Translations under genes and position numbers: made by a program
The notes under the pieces: generated by a model
The model's input: the letters and a program-made list of their open reading frames with translations, nothing else
Told to the model about the DNA's origin: nothing
Database searches by the model: none
Part shown: positions 10,060 to 19,270 of the stretch, piece after piece
How the letters are laid out: each line of letters begins with the position of its first letter
How positions within the stretch are numbered: the stretch's first letter is position 1
Virus record (IMG/VR): IMGVR_UViG_3300020008_000002
Location: 1-59,882 of that record
Length of the DNA stretch: 59,882 nucleotides
Strand: one strand, 5' to 3'
From: a virus
Taxonomy: Duplodnaviria; Caudoviricetes

Positions 10060-12986
10060 CAGCATTAACGGTATATCAGGTAGGCACAGCCTCATCTACG
10101 CTGTCTACCGCAGAAAACCTAATTACCACAGCAGGTGGCGCATCTAGCGCGCTACAGAATACTTCTACTGCAAATTCTGCAACCAATTGGGGTGAGGTAA
10201 CTTCCCAAGGCACTACAAACGCATGGGCCGCCACATCGACACAAGGAGCTCCTACAGGGAAAGGATGGCTGTGGGATGTAACTACGCTTGAAGGCCAAAC
10301 GATCGCCAGTGGAACATGGACATGGAACTTCAACATGGGCAACGGAGACGTGTCTCACACTACTACGGCTGATATTGTTGTTCGCTTCTACAAGCGAAGC
10401 TCAGGCGGAACTTACACTCTCATAGATACTGCCACCCAAAGCGCCCAAGGGATTACCTTTTCGACAAAGGCATTTACGGCTAGTACATCCGGCTCAGCTG
10501 CAATGGCATTCACCACTGGCGATAAGTTATACATTGATTTATGGTGCAAAATAACCAATGCGGGCAGTTCGACAACGGCAAAGCCAGGATGGCTAAAACC
10601 GAATAGTAATACAGCAGGATGGACAGGGGCTGATGTTGTAACTACTGGGTATAGTGCAACCTCATCCGGAGGAACTGTTACCGGATCAACAAAGGTGCGA
10701 GCTGTTGTTGCAACGAGCAACACAAAAAGCTCAGTCGTAAGAAACGTTGTTCGCACCATTAAAACAGTATCAACAGCAATAAGAGGAGCAGTTCGCACAT
10801 TAACAACCAAATCTATGCCGGTTAGGGCTGACGTGAGAACCCAAGTCACAAAGAGTAGTCCCCTGCGGATTGTAGCGCGAGGTGTTACAAAAGTTGCCCA
10901 GCTCAGAGACGTGGTGGCGACTAAGATTACTAAATCATCGGTTGTCAGATCGTTTATCAGGACTCTTAAATCAGTTAATTCACCTATCAGAACAGTGGCC
11001 AGGACAGCCGTCACTAAGTCCGCGCAATTAAGAGAAGTTGTTGACTCTAGATCAAGAAAATCTTCAGTGATAAGAGGAGTTGTTGCGACAAAAGTAACCA
11101 GGTCATCGGCGTTTAGAGTGGTTGCTAGAGGAGTTTCTGACGTCGCAAGAATAAGATATGCAATAGAATCAAGGATAATAAGGTCATCGGCAGTGAGGTA
11201 TGCAGCCCGCACGTTAAATACGGTAGCTGCAAGAGTTAGATCCGTAGTATCTACTAAGCATTCTTTGTCGTCTACAGAAAGAGTGGTTGTTCGCACGTTG
11301 GTAACTAAGAGTGTTATATTGCGAGCCTTGATAGCCACAAAGAAGACAGCCTCGTCTGTAATTAGGTGGGTAGTTAGATCAGGAAGAACGTTACCTGCTA
11401 CTATCAGAGGAGTAATTCGCACCCAAGTTACTAAGAGCGTGTCAATCCGGTCATCGATAGCTGCCAAGGCCACTAGGTCATTATCGACCAGAGTAGTTGC
11501 ACGCGGTATCACTCTTATAAGTAGGATAAGGGCGGTTATCAAGTCTCAACCCACAAAGTCCGTTGTCACAAGAATTGTAGTCAGGTCTCTAAAGTCAGTA
11601 GTAACTCCAGTTAGAGCAGTAGCAAAGACATTGGCATCAAAATATGCAGTGATGCGGCAGATAGTAGCATCAAAAGTGGCAAAGACGGGAGTTTTGCGGG
11701 CAGTAACGCGGACCGTAACTACTAAGACTTCAACCTCTAGAGTGATAGTAGCCACTATTAAAACTAAGTCTTCAGCTATTCGGTTAGTATCGCGCGGACG
11801 AACAGTGGCAAATACAATTCGTGGAATAATCAAGACGCTTGTGACAAAAACATCGGCTGCCAGACTCTCGGTCAGAACTTCCCTTACCAAGACTTCACAG
11901 ACAAGAACCGTCATCCGCACTCTTACCGCCAGATCTATCGTACTACGCGTTATAACCACCTCATCTGGAACTGCTGCCTCATTGTCCACCAAGTTGCGAT
12001 CTATGATTGGGACCCTGACTGCAGGATCGTCCCCTGCGAGAACAGTCATTAGAACACTTACTAGGCGCAGCGTAATATCAAGAACACTAGTCCGCACTCT
12101 TGTTATTGGTAAGTCAACGATTCGGCTAGTCACACGGTCACTGGCAACGAGGTCCGTTGCCATTCGGGCTATGGCCAGGACCTTGATTTCCAAGTCAGCT
12201 TTGATTCGGATTATGATTAGTACGCAACGAACCACTACCAGCGCCTTGCGTACCGTCTCAAGAACACTGGCTACTAAGCTAGTACCTGCCAGGATCCCAA
12301 TCAGGACGTTGGCCACTAAATCAGCTCAGGCCAGGACCTCCGTACGCTCGCTTAATACACGGACTATAATACTTCGAGTAATAACAACATCTAGTGGCAC
12401 TGCGGTATCATTATACACTAAGATACGATCAATCGTAAAATCTAGAGCAACGAGATATGCCCCCATAAGGTCGGTTTCTAGAACCGCAGTGACGAAGCAT
12501 ATAGGGATCAAAGCAGTAGCGAGAGGAATATCTCTCTACTCCTACGTCAGAGTAAGAGTGCTTGGCGCGATTAATACGTTGTATATGAGAGTGGAGATAA
12601 AAACACATCAGGTAGACACCAGTGCCATTAGACTAGTGCCTGCGACAAGAGTAAGCGGTCTGATGGCGATAAGGTCTCCGGTCCGCACATCTCATAGCAG
12701 ATCTATAGCCATGCGCCAGATGACTAGAACCAACAGGTTAGTAGCAAGTGTGCTTAGGTCTGTCGCAAGCCAAAAGAGTGCAAAGGCAATAATACTGCGT
12801 ATTATTGCCACGCAGCCTACTACGCTTGCGAAGCTAGTTTCAATACGTATAGTCACCGTGACAAATCCTATTACTCAGAACAGCACTTTTGTAGAGAGAT
12901 CTGGCAAGGCATCATTTATAGTCAGATCTGGCAAGGCATCATTTATAGTCAGATCTGGCAATGCATCATTTGCAGAAAGGAGATAA
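10056..12986 (+). CDS. 976-aa protein: beta-rich N-terminal domain plus a long, highly basic ~14-aa repeat region (putative fibre/virion protein)
   Basis: Repeats such as TKSSVVRNVVRTIK and TKSAQLREVVDSRS; Arg/Thr/Val/Ser/Ile-rich with very few Asp/Glu. Confidence 0.7.
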   Translation: MTALTVYQVGTASSTLSTAENLITTAGGASSALQNTSTANSATNWGEVTSQGTTNAWAATSTQGAPTGKGWLWDVTTLEGQTIASGTWTWNFNMGNGDVSHTTTADIVVRFYKRSSGGTYTLIDTATQSAQGITFSTKAFTASTSGSAAMAFTTGDKLYIDLWCKITNAGSSTTAKPGWLKPNSNTAGWTGADVVTTGYSATSSGGTVTGSTKVRAVVATSNTKSSVVRNVVRTIKTVSTAIRGAVRTLTTKSMPVRADVRTQVTKSSPLRIVARGVTKVAQLRDVVATKITKSSVVRSFIRTLKSVNSPIRTVARTAVTKSAQLREVVDSRSRKSSVIRGVVATKVTRSSAFRVVARGVSDVARIRYAIESRIIRSSAVRYAARTLNTVAARVRSVVSTKHSLSSTERVVVRTLVTKSVILRALIATKKTASSVIRWVVRSGRTLPATIRGVIRTQVTKSVSIRSSIAAKATRSLSTRVVARGITLISRIRAVIKSQPTKSVVTRIVVRSLKSVVTPVRAVAKTLASKYAVMRQIVASKVAKTGVLRAVTRTVTTKTSTSRVIVATIKTKSSAIRLVSRGRTVANTIRGIIKTLVTKTSAARLSVRTSLTKTSQTRTVIRTLTARSIVLRVITTSSGTAASLSTKLRSMIGTLTAGSSPARTVIRTLTRRSVISRTLVRTLVIGKSTIRLVTRSLATRSVAIRAMARTLISKSALIRIMISTQRTTTSALRTVSRTLATKLVPARIPIRTLATKSAQARTSVRSLNTRTIILRVITTSSGTAVSLYTKIRSIVKSRATRYAPIRSVSRTAVTKHIGIKAVARGISLYSYVRVRVLGAINTLYMRVEIKTHQVDTSAIRLVPATRVSGLMAIRSPVRTSHSRSIAMRQMTRTNRLVASVLRSVASQKSAKAIILRIIATQPTTLAKLVSIRIVTVTNPITQNSTFVERSGKASFIVRSGKASFIVRSGNASFAERR
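12897..12971 (+). repeat. 27-bp tandem repeat (about 2.8 copies) encoding RSGKASFIV
   Basis: agatctggcaaggcatcatttatagtc repeated. Confidence 0.85.
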
Positions 12987-12989
12987 GCA

Positions 12990-13316
12990 ATGGCTGATGA
13001 TTTTTCGCCGGTGTATTTCGGTGACACCTTGACTCCTCTGACGGTACAGGTAGTTGGTCCCGGAGGGGCTCCGATAACGTTGACGGGTTTAACAATTACT
13101 ATGAAAATGGAGTTTCTGAATGATCCAAACAACGTGAAGGAAGGAAGCGGCTCATGGGTAATAGATGATGCAGTTAACGGCAAGGCTCATTATAATTGGG
13201 CACCTGCAGATGTTGACACAATTGGCATATGGGTACTGTTTGTCAAAGTCACGGATGGAGGGGGAAAGTTTGTTCATCTCGATACGAAGGAATTTCAGAT
13301 ACTACCAGCACAATAG
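12990..13316 (+). CDS. BppU-like baseplate upper protein N-terminal domain
   Basis: GDTLTPLTVQV...DAVNGKAHYNWAPADVDTIG pattern. Confidence 0.65.
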   Translation: MADDFSPVYFGDTLTPLTVQVVGPGGAPITLTGLTITMKMEFLNDPNNVKEGSGSWVIDDAVNGKAHYNWAPADVDTIGIWVLFVKVTDGGGKFVHLDTKEFQILPAQ

Positions 13317-13325
13317 GAGATTAAC

Positions 13326-14321
13326 ATGCAATTCGATAAAGACGGATGGCTAGACATCGCCACAGAGGTAGATGTCACTCCCAATTCATTTGACCGCCAA
13401 GGGCAACTAATAAAGTACATCGTTCTGCATGGGACCGCAGGTGGCACATCTGCGGTAGATGTTGCAACTTACATGAAGTCAACGATAGGCGGAAACAATC
13501 CCGTCAGTACTCACTTCGTGATTGGTACCGATGGGGAAATAGCGCAATGTGTTCCGGTTAGCCTGGCTTCGTGGGGAAATGGAGAACTAGACCCTGGGCA
13601 CGTTACGTTTATCCCGTCGGGGTCAGTAAATCCTAATCTATACACAGTGTCCATAGAGCACTGTAAGCCTTCTGCCGACAATTCAGACCAACTGACCGAT
13701 GCTCAGGAGCAAGCCAGCCTGGCGCTATGTAAGTGTTTATGTGAGACTTATGGGGTAGCAAAACAGGCAGGCGACGCTAATTCTGGCATTATGACGCATG
13801 CGCAATTTGCACCGATTAATAGAGCTCGTTGCCCGGGACCTTACCCATGGGATGCTCTTTGGACCTATCTAGAAGGAACAGGAGGAGATACACCTATGAC
13901 GATTGATCTTACGAGCGCTTTGGCTGCAAGTTACTTTGAGGGATCTGCTTCGATTTGGAAGTGCAAGATTAACGGCCATCTAGTTGGTCATGCGATTCTT
14001 GATTTCTATCGCAAGTTCGGGGGTGATGCAGCTTGCGGCCTTACCTACCTTGGTCTCCCTATTACTGACGAACAAAGCGTTGTTGGATACCCGACATGTA
14101 CATACCAGAGATTTGAGCGCGGAGTATTAGTATACGATCCCGGCCACGTTTACGACAAACCGCCTCTATCAGGAAGCGTTTACTTAGCACATTTAACAGG
14201 CGGAGTAGGGCAAGACCCGAGGATAGCCTCGTTACAAGCTCAGCTCGATACTAATCTGCAAGCGAAGATGATTACCCAACTGAAGGGGAAAATCCAGTCG
14301 GCAGTAAAGGCGCTGCAATGA
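13326..14321 (+). CDS. Endolysin, N-acetylmuramoyl-L-alanine amidase (Amidase_2) with a C-terminal putative cell-wall-binding region
   Basis: IVLHGTAG, STHFVIG, SIEH, H...CPG zinc-amidase motifs; LGLPITDE...QRFERGVL repeat-like motif. Confidence 0.9.
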   Translation: MQFDKDGWLDIATEVDVTPNSFDRQGQLIKYIVLHGTAGGTSAVDVATYMKSTIGGNNPVSTHFVIGTDGEIAQCVPVSLASWGNGELDPGHVTFIPSGSVNPNLYTVSIEHCKPSADNSDQLTDAQEQASLALCKCLCETYGVAKQAGDANSGIMTHAQFAPINRARCPGPYPWDALWTYLEGTGGDTPMTIDLTSALAASYFEGSASIWKCKINGHLVGHAILDFYRKFGGDAACGLTYLGLPITDEQSVVGYPTCTYQRFERGVLVYDPGHVYDKPPLSGSVYLAHLTGGVGQDPRIASLQAQLDTNLQAKMITQLKGKIQSAVKALQ

Positions 14322-14367
14322 CTGGATAATAGCCTCGCGTCATAGCAAAAGCAAAGAGGCTAAAGAG

Positions 14368-14730
14368 ATGGATCCTACGGACTCGACAGCGATTCTCACA
14401 TTTAGGATAGATAGCATAGAGAAGCATCTATCACAGATAGAAAGCCAGATGGCGGGACTTGTTCCGCAAAGGGAAAATGACCTTCGCATTCAGTCAATTA
14501 AGGACATCGTGGGAGACGTTAGAACTGACGTGTCAACTATGAAAAATACCGACCTCGTAGCGATTAATAGGCACATATCAGATGTGGAAAAGCAGATTAG
14601 TGTTCAGGGGGAGTCTCAGAGGGAGAACCTCGACAAGTTCCAGATCAGATCGCTGACAATTGTAGCGTCATCTGTACTCACAATAGTAATTGCGTTCATT
14701 GTCAATTACTTCACTCACTTTATCAGGTGA
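14368..14730 (+). CDS. Coiled-coil protein with C-terminal TM (lysis-cassette, holin/XhlA-like)
   Basis: Follows the endolysin; heptad pattern plus one TM. Confidence 0.55.
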   Translation: MDPTDSTAILTFRIDSIEKHLSQIESQMAGLVPQRENDLRIQSIKDIVGDVRTDVSTMKNTDLVAINRHISDVEKQISVQGESQRENLDKFQIRSLTIVASSVLTIVIAFIVNYFTHFIR

Positions 14731-14734
14731 CAAG

Positions 14735-15364
14735 ATGAGCATGGGAACTCTAATGACGTACACTAAAAGAGCAGGGGCTTTCGGCATCATAATATTCATC
14801 TTATTGTGTCTGCTAGAAGCCCTGCCTCTTTTCCCTAACAATACCTTAGATTCGTTTCGCCTCGTCGGGCAACAAAGGTCTGTCGGACTCCGGATGATTA
14901 ACAATGCCTACATAGTCGCATATATGCCCCCTCAGTACAGAAATGACGCGACTGCTATAATTGCGCAAGACCTACCTGGTTGGGAGTTGGAGCAAAAGTC
15001 TCTAGAATCGTCAGCAGGTGGTCTTCCGCCTTCTCTTCAAGCAATTATTATACAATCTGATCAATCTTACTCAAATATAGATACAGCACTGCGGGCCATT
15101 ATAGCAAAACCGTCTGGTTTTAATCCGGTAGAGACAACTGTTTTACGTGCTAACGAAGGAGATTATTTTGACATCATTACGCAAGGTCTTCTGTTATTTC
15201 AACAACGGATTATAGACATGTCCCGCATTTTTTTTTCGATAGAGTTATCATTAGAGCTAATATTGCTCGCTATATGGATACGTCTAATACATGTATCAAA
15301 AAAAGCGATTGCTATAGAGCTATCGAAAATAAAGCAGGCAGAAGACAAAAAGCAAGGCCAGTAA
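14735..15364 (+). CDS. Two-TM membrane protein with an extracytoplasmic helical domain resembling a NarX/PilJ-type sensor
   Basis: TM - RLVGQQRSVGLRM (P-box-like) - helical region - TM. Confidence 0.45.
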   Translation: MSMGTLMTYTKRAGAFGIIIFILLCLLEALPLFPNNTLDSFRLVGQQRSVGLRMINNAYIVAYMPPQYRNDATAIIAQDLPGWELEQKSLESSAGGLPPSLQAIIIQSDQSYSNIDTALRAIIAKPSGFNPVETTVLRANEGDYFDIITQGLLLFQQRIIDMSRIFFSIELSLELILLAIWIRLIHVSKKAIAIELSKIKQAEDKKQGQ

Positions 15365-15384
15365 ATATACTTACTGGCCTTGCT
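15351..15384. terminator. Bidirectional terminator between convergent late and early genes
   Basis: agcaaggccagtaa / ttactggccttgct inverted repeat. Confidence 0.7.
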
Positions 15385-15400
15385 CTGTTTATTGTTGATA

Positions 15401-15604
15401 TTATTGCTGTCCTGCAAGCAACTCGTCAAGCGCTGCTCTGTGAATTCGATAGCACTTTCGCTTGCCACTGGCAGGCAATGCAACTGCAGAAAGAATTGAA
15501 CTTGTTATCCACCGACGAACGGTTGTAGCATCTACTCGCAGTGTCTCTGCAACTTCTCTGACGGTAAGCATTGCTGGCGCATCTGGCGCACTCTCATCTG
15601 GCAT
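15401..15604 (-). CDS. Excisionase-like HTH DNA-binding protein
   Basis: MLTVREVAETLRVDATTVRRWI...YRIHR; AGGAG RBS. Confidence 0.8.
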   Translation of the reverse strand: MPDESAPDAPAMLTVREVAETLRVDATTVRRWITSSILSAVALPASGKRKCYRIHRAALDELLAGQQ

Positions 15605-15695
15605 GATGATGGTCTCCTTTCTGTAAAGATTCGATTCTGTAAGGATTCGATGACTCAGTATATCTCCTTGCTGGCCATTCGTCAACTAATATTAC

Positions 15696-16139
15696 TTATG
15701 GGCCATATGGCAGACTCCGAACTATAATGTCAAAGTCCTGAGCGGCATCAGGATCAAATAAGTACGGTATTGGCTGTGACGATATTGGGTAGTAACAGCC
15801 GAATAGTACTCCGGCGTACCTAGATGGACATAGTACAATTTCATCTGGATAGTACCCGGTATGCCTTTCAAACGTGCTTACCGCGTCCTCTACTAACGAA
15901 GCAGTTTCCTCTGCAACACTTATGAGCTTCAGGCAGACTCTTAGATGCTCATCTATGTACAGTGGATTAATGGGCACCTCACTAGTATTGATTGGGGTGG
16001 CAATCCGAACCATTTGAGTATCTTTGTCTGATATGTCGGGCAACAAGTGTTTGCGAACGTGGTGCAGCCACGACTTGATAAGAGATCCAGGCCTCCTGGG
16101 GTCGTAATACCTAAAGAATAGTTCTTTTTCAATTTGCAT
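15696..16139 (-). CDS. Hypothetical protein
   Basis: ORF coupled to the upstream nuclease. Confidence 0.5.
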   Translation of the reverse strand: MQIEKELFFRYYDPRRPGSLIKSWLHHVRKHLLPDISDKDTQMVRIATPINTSEVPINPLYIDEHLRVCLKLISVAEETASLVEDAVSTFERHTGYYPDEIVLCPSRYAGVLFGCYYPISSQPIPYLFDPDAAQDFDIIVRSLPYGP

Positions 16140-16836
16140 AAGCAAAGCATCTAGTGCGCATTGGACACCTAACTGCGCAGCTATCAAAAACACTCTCACA
16201 GGTACGGGGAGGGACTATCCCTGATTCTACCCCTGCAACTATCTCTTTAGCTCTCTCTATAAATGGCAGTGCAGCCACCTCATCATACCCAAAACACCAG
16301 GTAAGTATTTCTTGAGTGTTTTTGTTCTCTACCATTATGATAGCTGTTTTTATCCCTAGTAGATGCATATATAGATTTGCTTGCATATATGCATCTCTCG
16401 GTGTCTTCCCTGATTCATTTAAAGTCGTACATTTATCGTCGTTGTACCCTTTTATCTCTACTACAATTTCCTCTCCCAGCATATTAACTATTGCGTCGGG
16501 TGTAAACTTTAGCATATACTGCTCGCTTACATGCTCAGTTTCCACTTCTATTGCGTTGAAATTATCCAGTATCAACCGTTGATACTTCTCGTGTATTGAC
16601 CAGCCGTTGAGGAAATAAGCATTTACCTTAGTTCCCATTGAAGGGGAACTGACTGCTTCTTTCGGGTAGAGAATGGACAAAACATAACGTCTGGGGCAGA
16701 ACGATTTTCCCGGCTTAAGGACGTCGCTGGCATGAGCATACCCTGACCGTATCGGACGGTCAGCTGCCCATTTATCGATCGCTTCTTTTATGCCGGCCTT
16801 AAACAGCCAAGCTAGAGCTTTCTGACTTGCCCCCAT
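16129..16836 (-). CDS. Cas4-like PD-(D/E)xK exonuclease
   Basis: CPRR N-terminal Cys; TPDAI..VVEIKG; Q...Y motif; C-terminal C..C..CP...C cluster. Confidence 0.75.
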   Translation of the reverse strand: MGASQKALAWLFKAGIKEAIDKWAADRPIRSGYAHASDVLKPGKSFCPRRYVLSILYPKEAVSSPSMGTKVNAYFLNGWSIHEKYQRLILDNFNAIEVETEHVSEQYMLKFTPDAIVNMLGEEIVVEIKGYNDDKCTTLNESGKTPRDAYMQANLYMHLLGIKTAIIMVENKNTQEILTWCFGYDEVAALPFIERAKEIVAGVESGIVPPRTCESVFDSCAVRCPMRTRCFAYAN

Positions 16837-16876
16837 TGAATTATCCTTTTCATGATGATTTGTCGCGACAAAATAA

Positions 16877-16908
16877 ATATAGCACTGATATCGATATCAG
16901 TGCTATAT
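16877..16908. repeat. Perfect 32-bp palindrome
   Basis: atatagcactgatatc-gatatcagtgctatat. Confidence 0.85.
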
Positions 16909-16918
16909 GGTAGGACCT

Positions 16919-17440
16919 TTAGCCAATCCAATAGTGGGATAGTCCTTTAACGGCTAGCGCGACACCAGATGCTACTGCATAATCACTAACTACTTTCTTC
17001 TTCATTAACTCCCAATTTTCCTCGCTTTGAATGATTTCTGCGGTAGAGAAATCATTCTCTACAATTGGCCTGGGAATCTTCAGATAGCTCAGTACCCATT
17101 CGAGAGAGTCCCATTCTCCTCTTTCTCCCCCATAAATTGACCCAAATGGCTTCTCTCCACCGGTTATCGAGCACAACGCCACAATATGCCATTCCTTGAA
17201 TATTGGAACTAAGATGCCCCTCGGCACATTAACAGATGTTCGGTGGATTGGAGCATTATGTATGCCCCAAGACTCTAACGACTGAGAAGAAGCATCTTCA
17301 ACAAAGCCGACAGAATGGTAATCAACGAGATCCTCAGACACTCCTCTCTCTTCAAAGAAATCATAGGCTTCCTGATGATCCGGCATATCTCTGGTTGCGA
17401 GGTCAACCAGTTGGCGTGCTCGTGTTTCCCAAAGGTTCAT
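16919..17440 (-). CDS. Hypothetical protein resembling a DnaG-type primase N-terminal catalytic fragment
   Basis: AYDFFEERGVS...VGF...GILVPIF pattern. Confidence 0.4.
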   Translation of the reverse strand: MNLWETRARQLVDLATRDMPDHQEAYDFFEERGVSEDLVDYHSVGFVEDASSQSLESWGIHNAPIHRTSVNVPRGILVPIFKEWHIVALCSITGGEKPFGSIYGGERGEWDSLEWVLSYLKIPRPIVENDFSTAEIIQSEENWELMKKKVVSDYAVASGVALAVKGLSHYWIG

Positions 17441-17451
17441 GGCAATTCTCC

Positions 17452-18318
17452 TTATTGTGCTCCGAATAATAACTGGCAACTAGAGTAATAGTGCTCCGCA
17501 AACAGGATAGGATCCACAACGTGTAAGCAGAGCAGAATTCTTGAGAACAATGTCCTAATCTCTGGTTCGGCATGTTCGCTGCACCGTTTCTTGATAGCTT
17601 CCATATATGTCCTGACATTCCCTGTCAGGACAAGAGAAGTTTCGCACTGATTACTAAGCACTGCTCTTGCCGCTTGATTTTTGTCTATGCGCCCTCTCTT
17701 GCCGGACGCATTTTTAGACGCACTGATGATTGATTTCTCAAGGTCAGCGTATCTTGCTCTTTCGAGATCTATATATCTATCGGACAGGTCTACCAGTGTT
17801 TGGCTGTCTTGAAACTCCGGGCGCTTTACCCAGCGTAATGTGTCCCATCCGCAATATCTTTGTGATTGGACGCTGACCGAGAAATGCCGGTGCCTTGTCA
17901 ATTCGCATAGCAAGCTGCGACTGATACCGTGTACATGAAATGTGTAGTGGGCGTGCTCTAACACACTTAAGTGCTCTTGGCTCACAATATTATCGATATA
18001 CTTCTGTGCATTCTCATTGCTTGTGTGACCCTTCCCGTGACTTAGGTAACAGCCCTGGCCAGCTGCTTTGCAAATTGCTGCCCCTGACACAATGATGCAC
18101 GGATCGTTCAAATATCCACGTCTATACTGAGATACAGGGAACTCGTCTAAGTACTCTTGGATACCGGATAAGTCGGTATCCGGCTTGCAGATAAGGGCGA
18201 CACTTGGGGCTACAAAGTACACTGCGCCTTTGTCGGTCATCCTTGCGAATGATTTAATTCGCGGAAACTGGGAGTCGATTCCCCCTATTTGGCTATAGAT
18301 TTCAGAAAAACTTGACAT
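17452..18318 (-). CDS. thyX: Flavin-dependent thymidylate synthase
   Basis: HLSVLEH and RHRHFSVSVQSQRY (RHRx7SxR) motifs. Confidence 0.93.
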   Translation of the reverse strand: MSSFSEIYSQIGGIDSQFPRIKSFARMTDKGAVYFVAPSVALICKPDTDLSGIQEYLDEFPVSQYRRGYLNDPCIIVSGAAICKAAGQGCYLSHGKGHTSNENAQKYIDNIVSQEHLSVLEHAHYTFHVHGISRSLLCELTRHRHFSVSVQSQRYCGWDTLRWVKRPEFQDSQTLVDLSDRYIDLERARYADLEKSIISASKNASGKRGRIDKNQAARAVLSNQCETSLVLTGNVRTYMEAIKKRCSEHAEPEIRTLFSRILLCLHVVDPILFAEHYYSSCQLLFGAQ

Positions 18319-18340
18319 CTCTTTGCTCCTGTGCTATGCT
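18312..18340 (+). promoter_or_regulatory. Sigma70-type promoter of the double-Gly peptide gene
   Basis: TTGACA-17-TATGCT with extended -10 TG; overlaps the thyX start codon on the other strand. Confidence 0.6.
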
Positions 18341-18398
18341 ATGGATGATTTCTTCCTCGACTGTCGAGGAAGAGCATTCCATAAAGGATATAAATCAA

Positions 18399-18617
18399 AT
18401 GATCGAAATTAATGATCAGGATCTCGAGCAGGTCCTCGGCGGATTCGCTGATACCAATGTTGCATTGAATCTCCAAAGCATCGTCACTGGACCAAACGTC
18501 GCGGTTCTTAATCGCGGAATTGTGCTCCAGAATTCCGGAGCAAATAGCCAGGCAGGCGAGAACAGCATTTTAGACAATAACGGAACTATCTCAAAAGTTG
18601 GGGGATTCTCCATTTAA
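18399..18617 (+). CDS. 72-aa peptide with double-glycine (bacteriocin-type) leader
   Basis: MIEINDQDLEQVLGG leader; AAGGA RBS; 57-aa Asn/Gln/Gly/Val-rich core. Confidence 0.7.
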   Translation: MIEINDQDLEQVLGGFADTNVALNLQSIVTGPNVAVLNRGIVLQNSGANSQAGENSILDNNGTISKVGGFSI

Positions 18618-19022
18618 TTGCCTCTTTTTCTTCTCCGAAGGAGCTTCCATGAAAACGGAAGCTCCTTCTTGCTGCATTAATTCACAAATTACACGACGAT
18701 GGCAACGGCCATAGTCCTTGCAGGCGCAAAGGACTATTAAGTTAAATCCAAGTCCAAGTCCCTTCCTCAATCTTTCAAGGCCAGCCTCTTGACTCTTGAG
18801 TTTAATATGCCCATGGGTCTTATAATTTGTGTTCCCGAGAGCTTGGATGTGAACATATCGGCCAGGGAACCGACTCGCAAGTACCGTTCCATTCCACTCG
18901 CGATGGTAGGCGCTGGCCCTAGGATTGAAGCGGACATCCACAATATATGATTGTGGATGATCCATCAGAATCTCTAGTTCAGTTGCAGCGCCAGGCTTCG
19001 CATATCCGAAAGGGATGAGCAT
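18591..19022 (-). CDS. DUF488-family protein
   Basis: IVDVRFNP...YVHIQALG...LCAC....CHRR. Confidence 0.8.
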   Translation of the reverse strand: MLIPFGYAKPGAATELEILMDHPQSYIVDVRFNPRASAYHREWNGTVLASRFPGRYVHIQALGNTNYKTHGHIKLKSQEAGLERLRKGLGLGFNLIVLCACKDYGRCHRRVICELMQQEGASVFMEAPSEKKKRQLNGESPNF

Positions 19023-19038
19023 ACTGTTCGCTCCTTGG

Positions 19039-19248
19039 CTAAGAGTGTAGGCACGACAGGCACTTCTTGTAATGCCCGTCTTTCTTTGTCCAATGGCGCG
19101 GACGCCCGCAATCGCACAACTTCTTATTCTCTTTGAAGATCTCGTATGCAGGAACCTCATATTGGTTCCCGTCTGCCGATCTGTTGTGCCTAGTTGCCTG
19201 ATACTGGTTAAACCCTGTCAGAGAATTAAATGCCTTGAAGAGTCCCAT
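19039..19248 (-). CDS. Small zinc-finger protein
   Basis: CDCG...CLSC; AAGGAG RBS. Confidence 0.55.
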   Translation of the reverse strand: MGLFKAFNSLTGFNQYQATRHNRSADGNQYEVPAYEIFKENKKLCDCGRPRHWTKKDGHYKKCLSCLHS

Positions 19249-19270
19249 GGTGATTGCTCTCCTTGCTGAC

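Noticed and set aside
10412-12511. Long minus-strand ORFs (376, 256 and 61 aa)
   Set aside because: Shadows of the biased codon usage of the 976-aa gene; no RBS or motifs.
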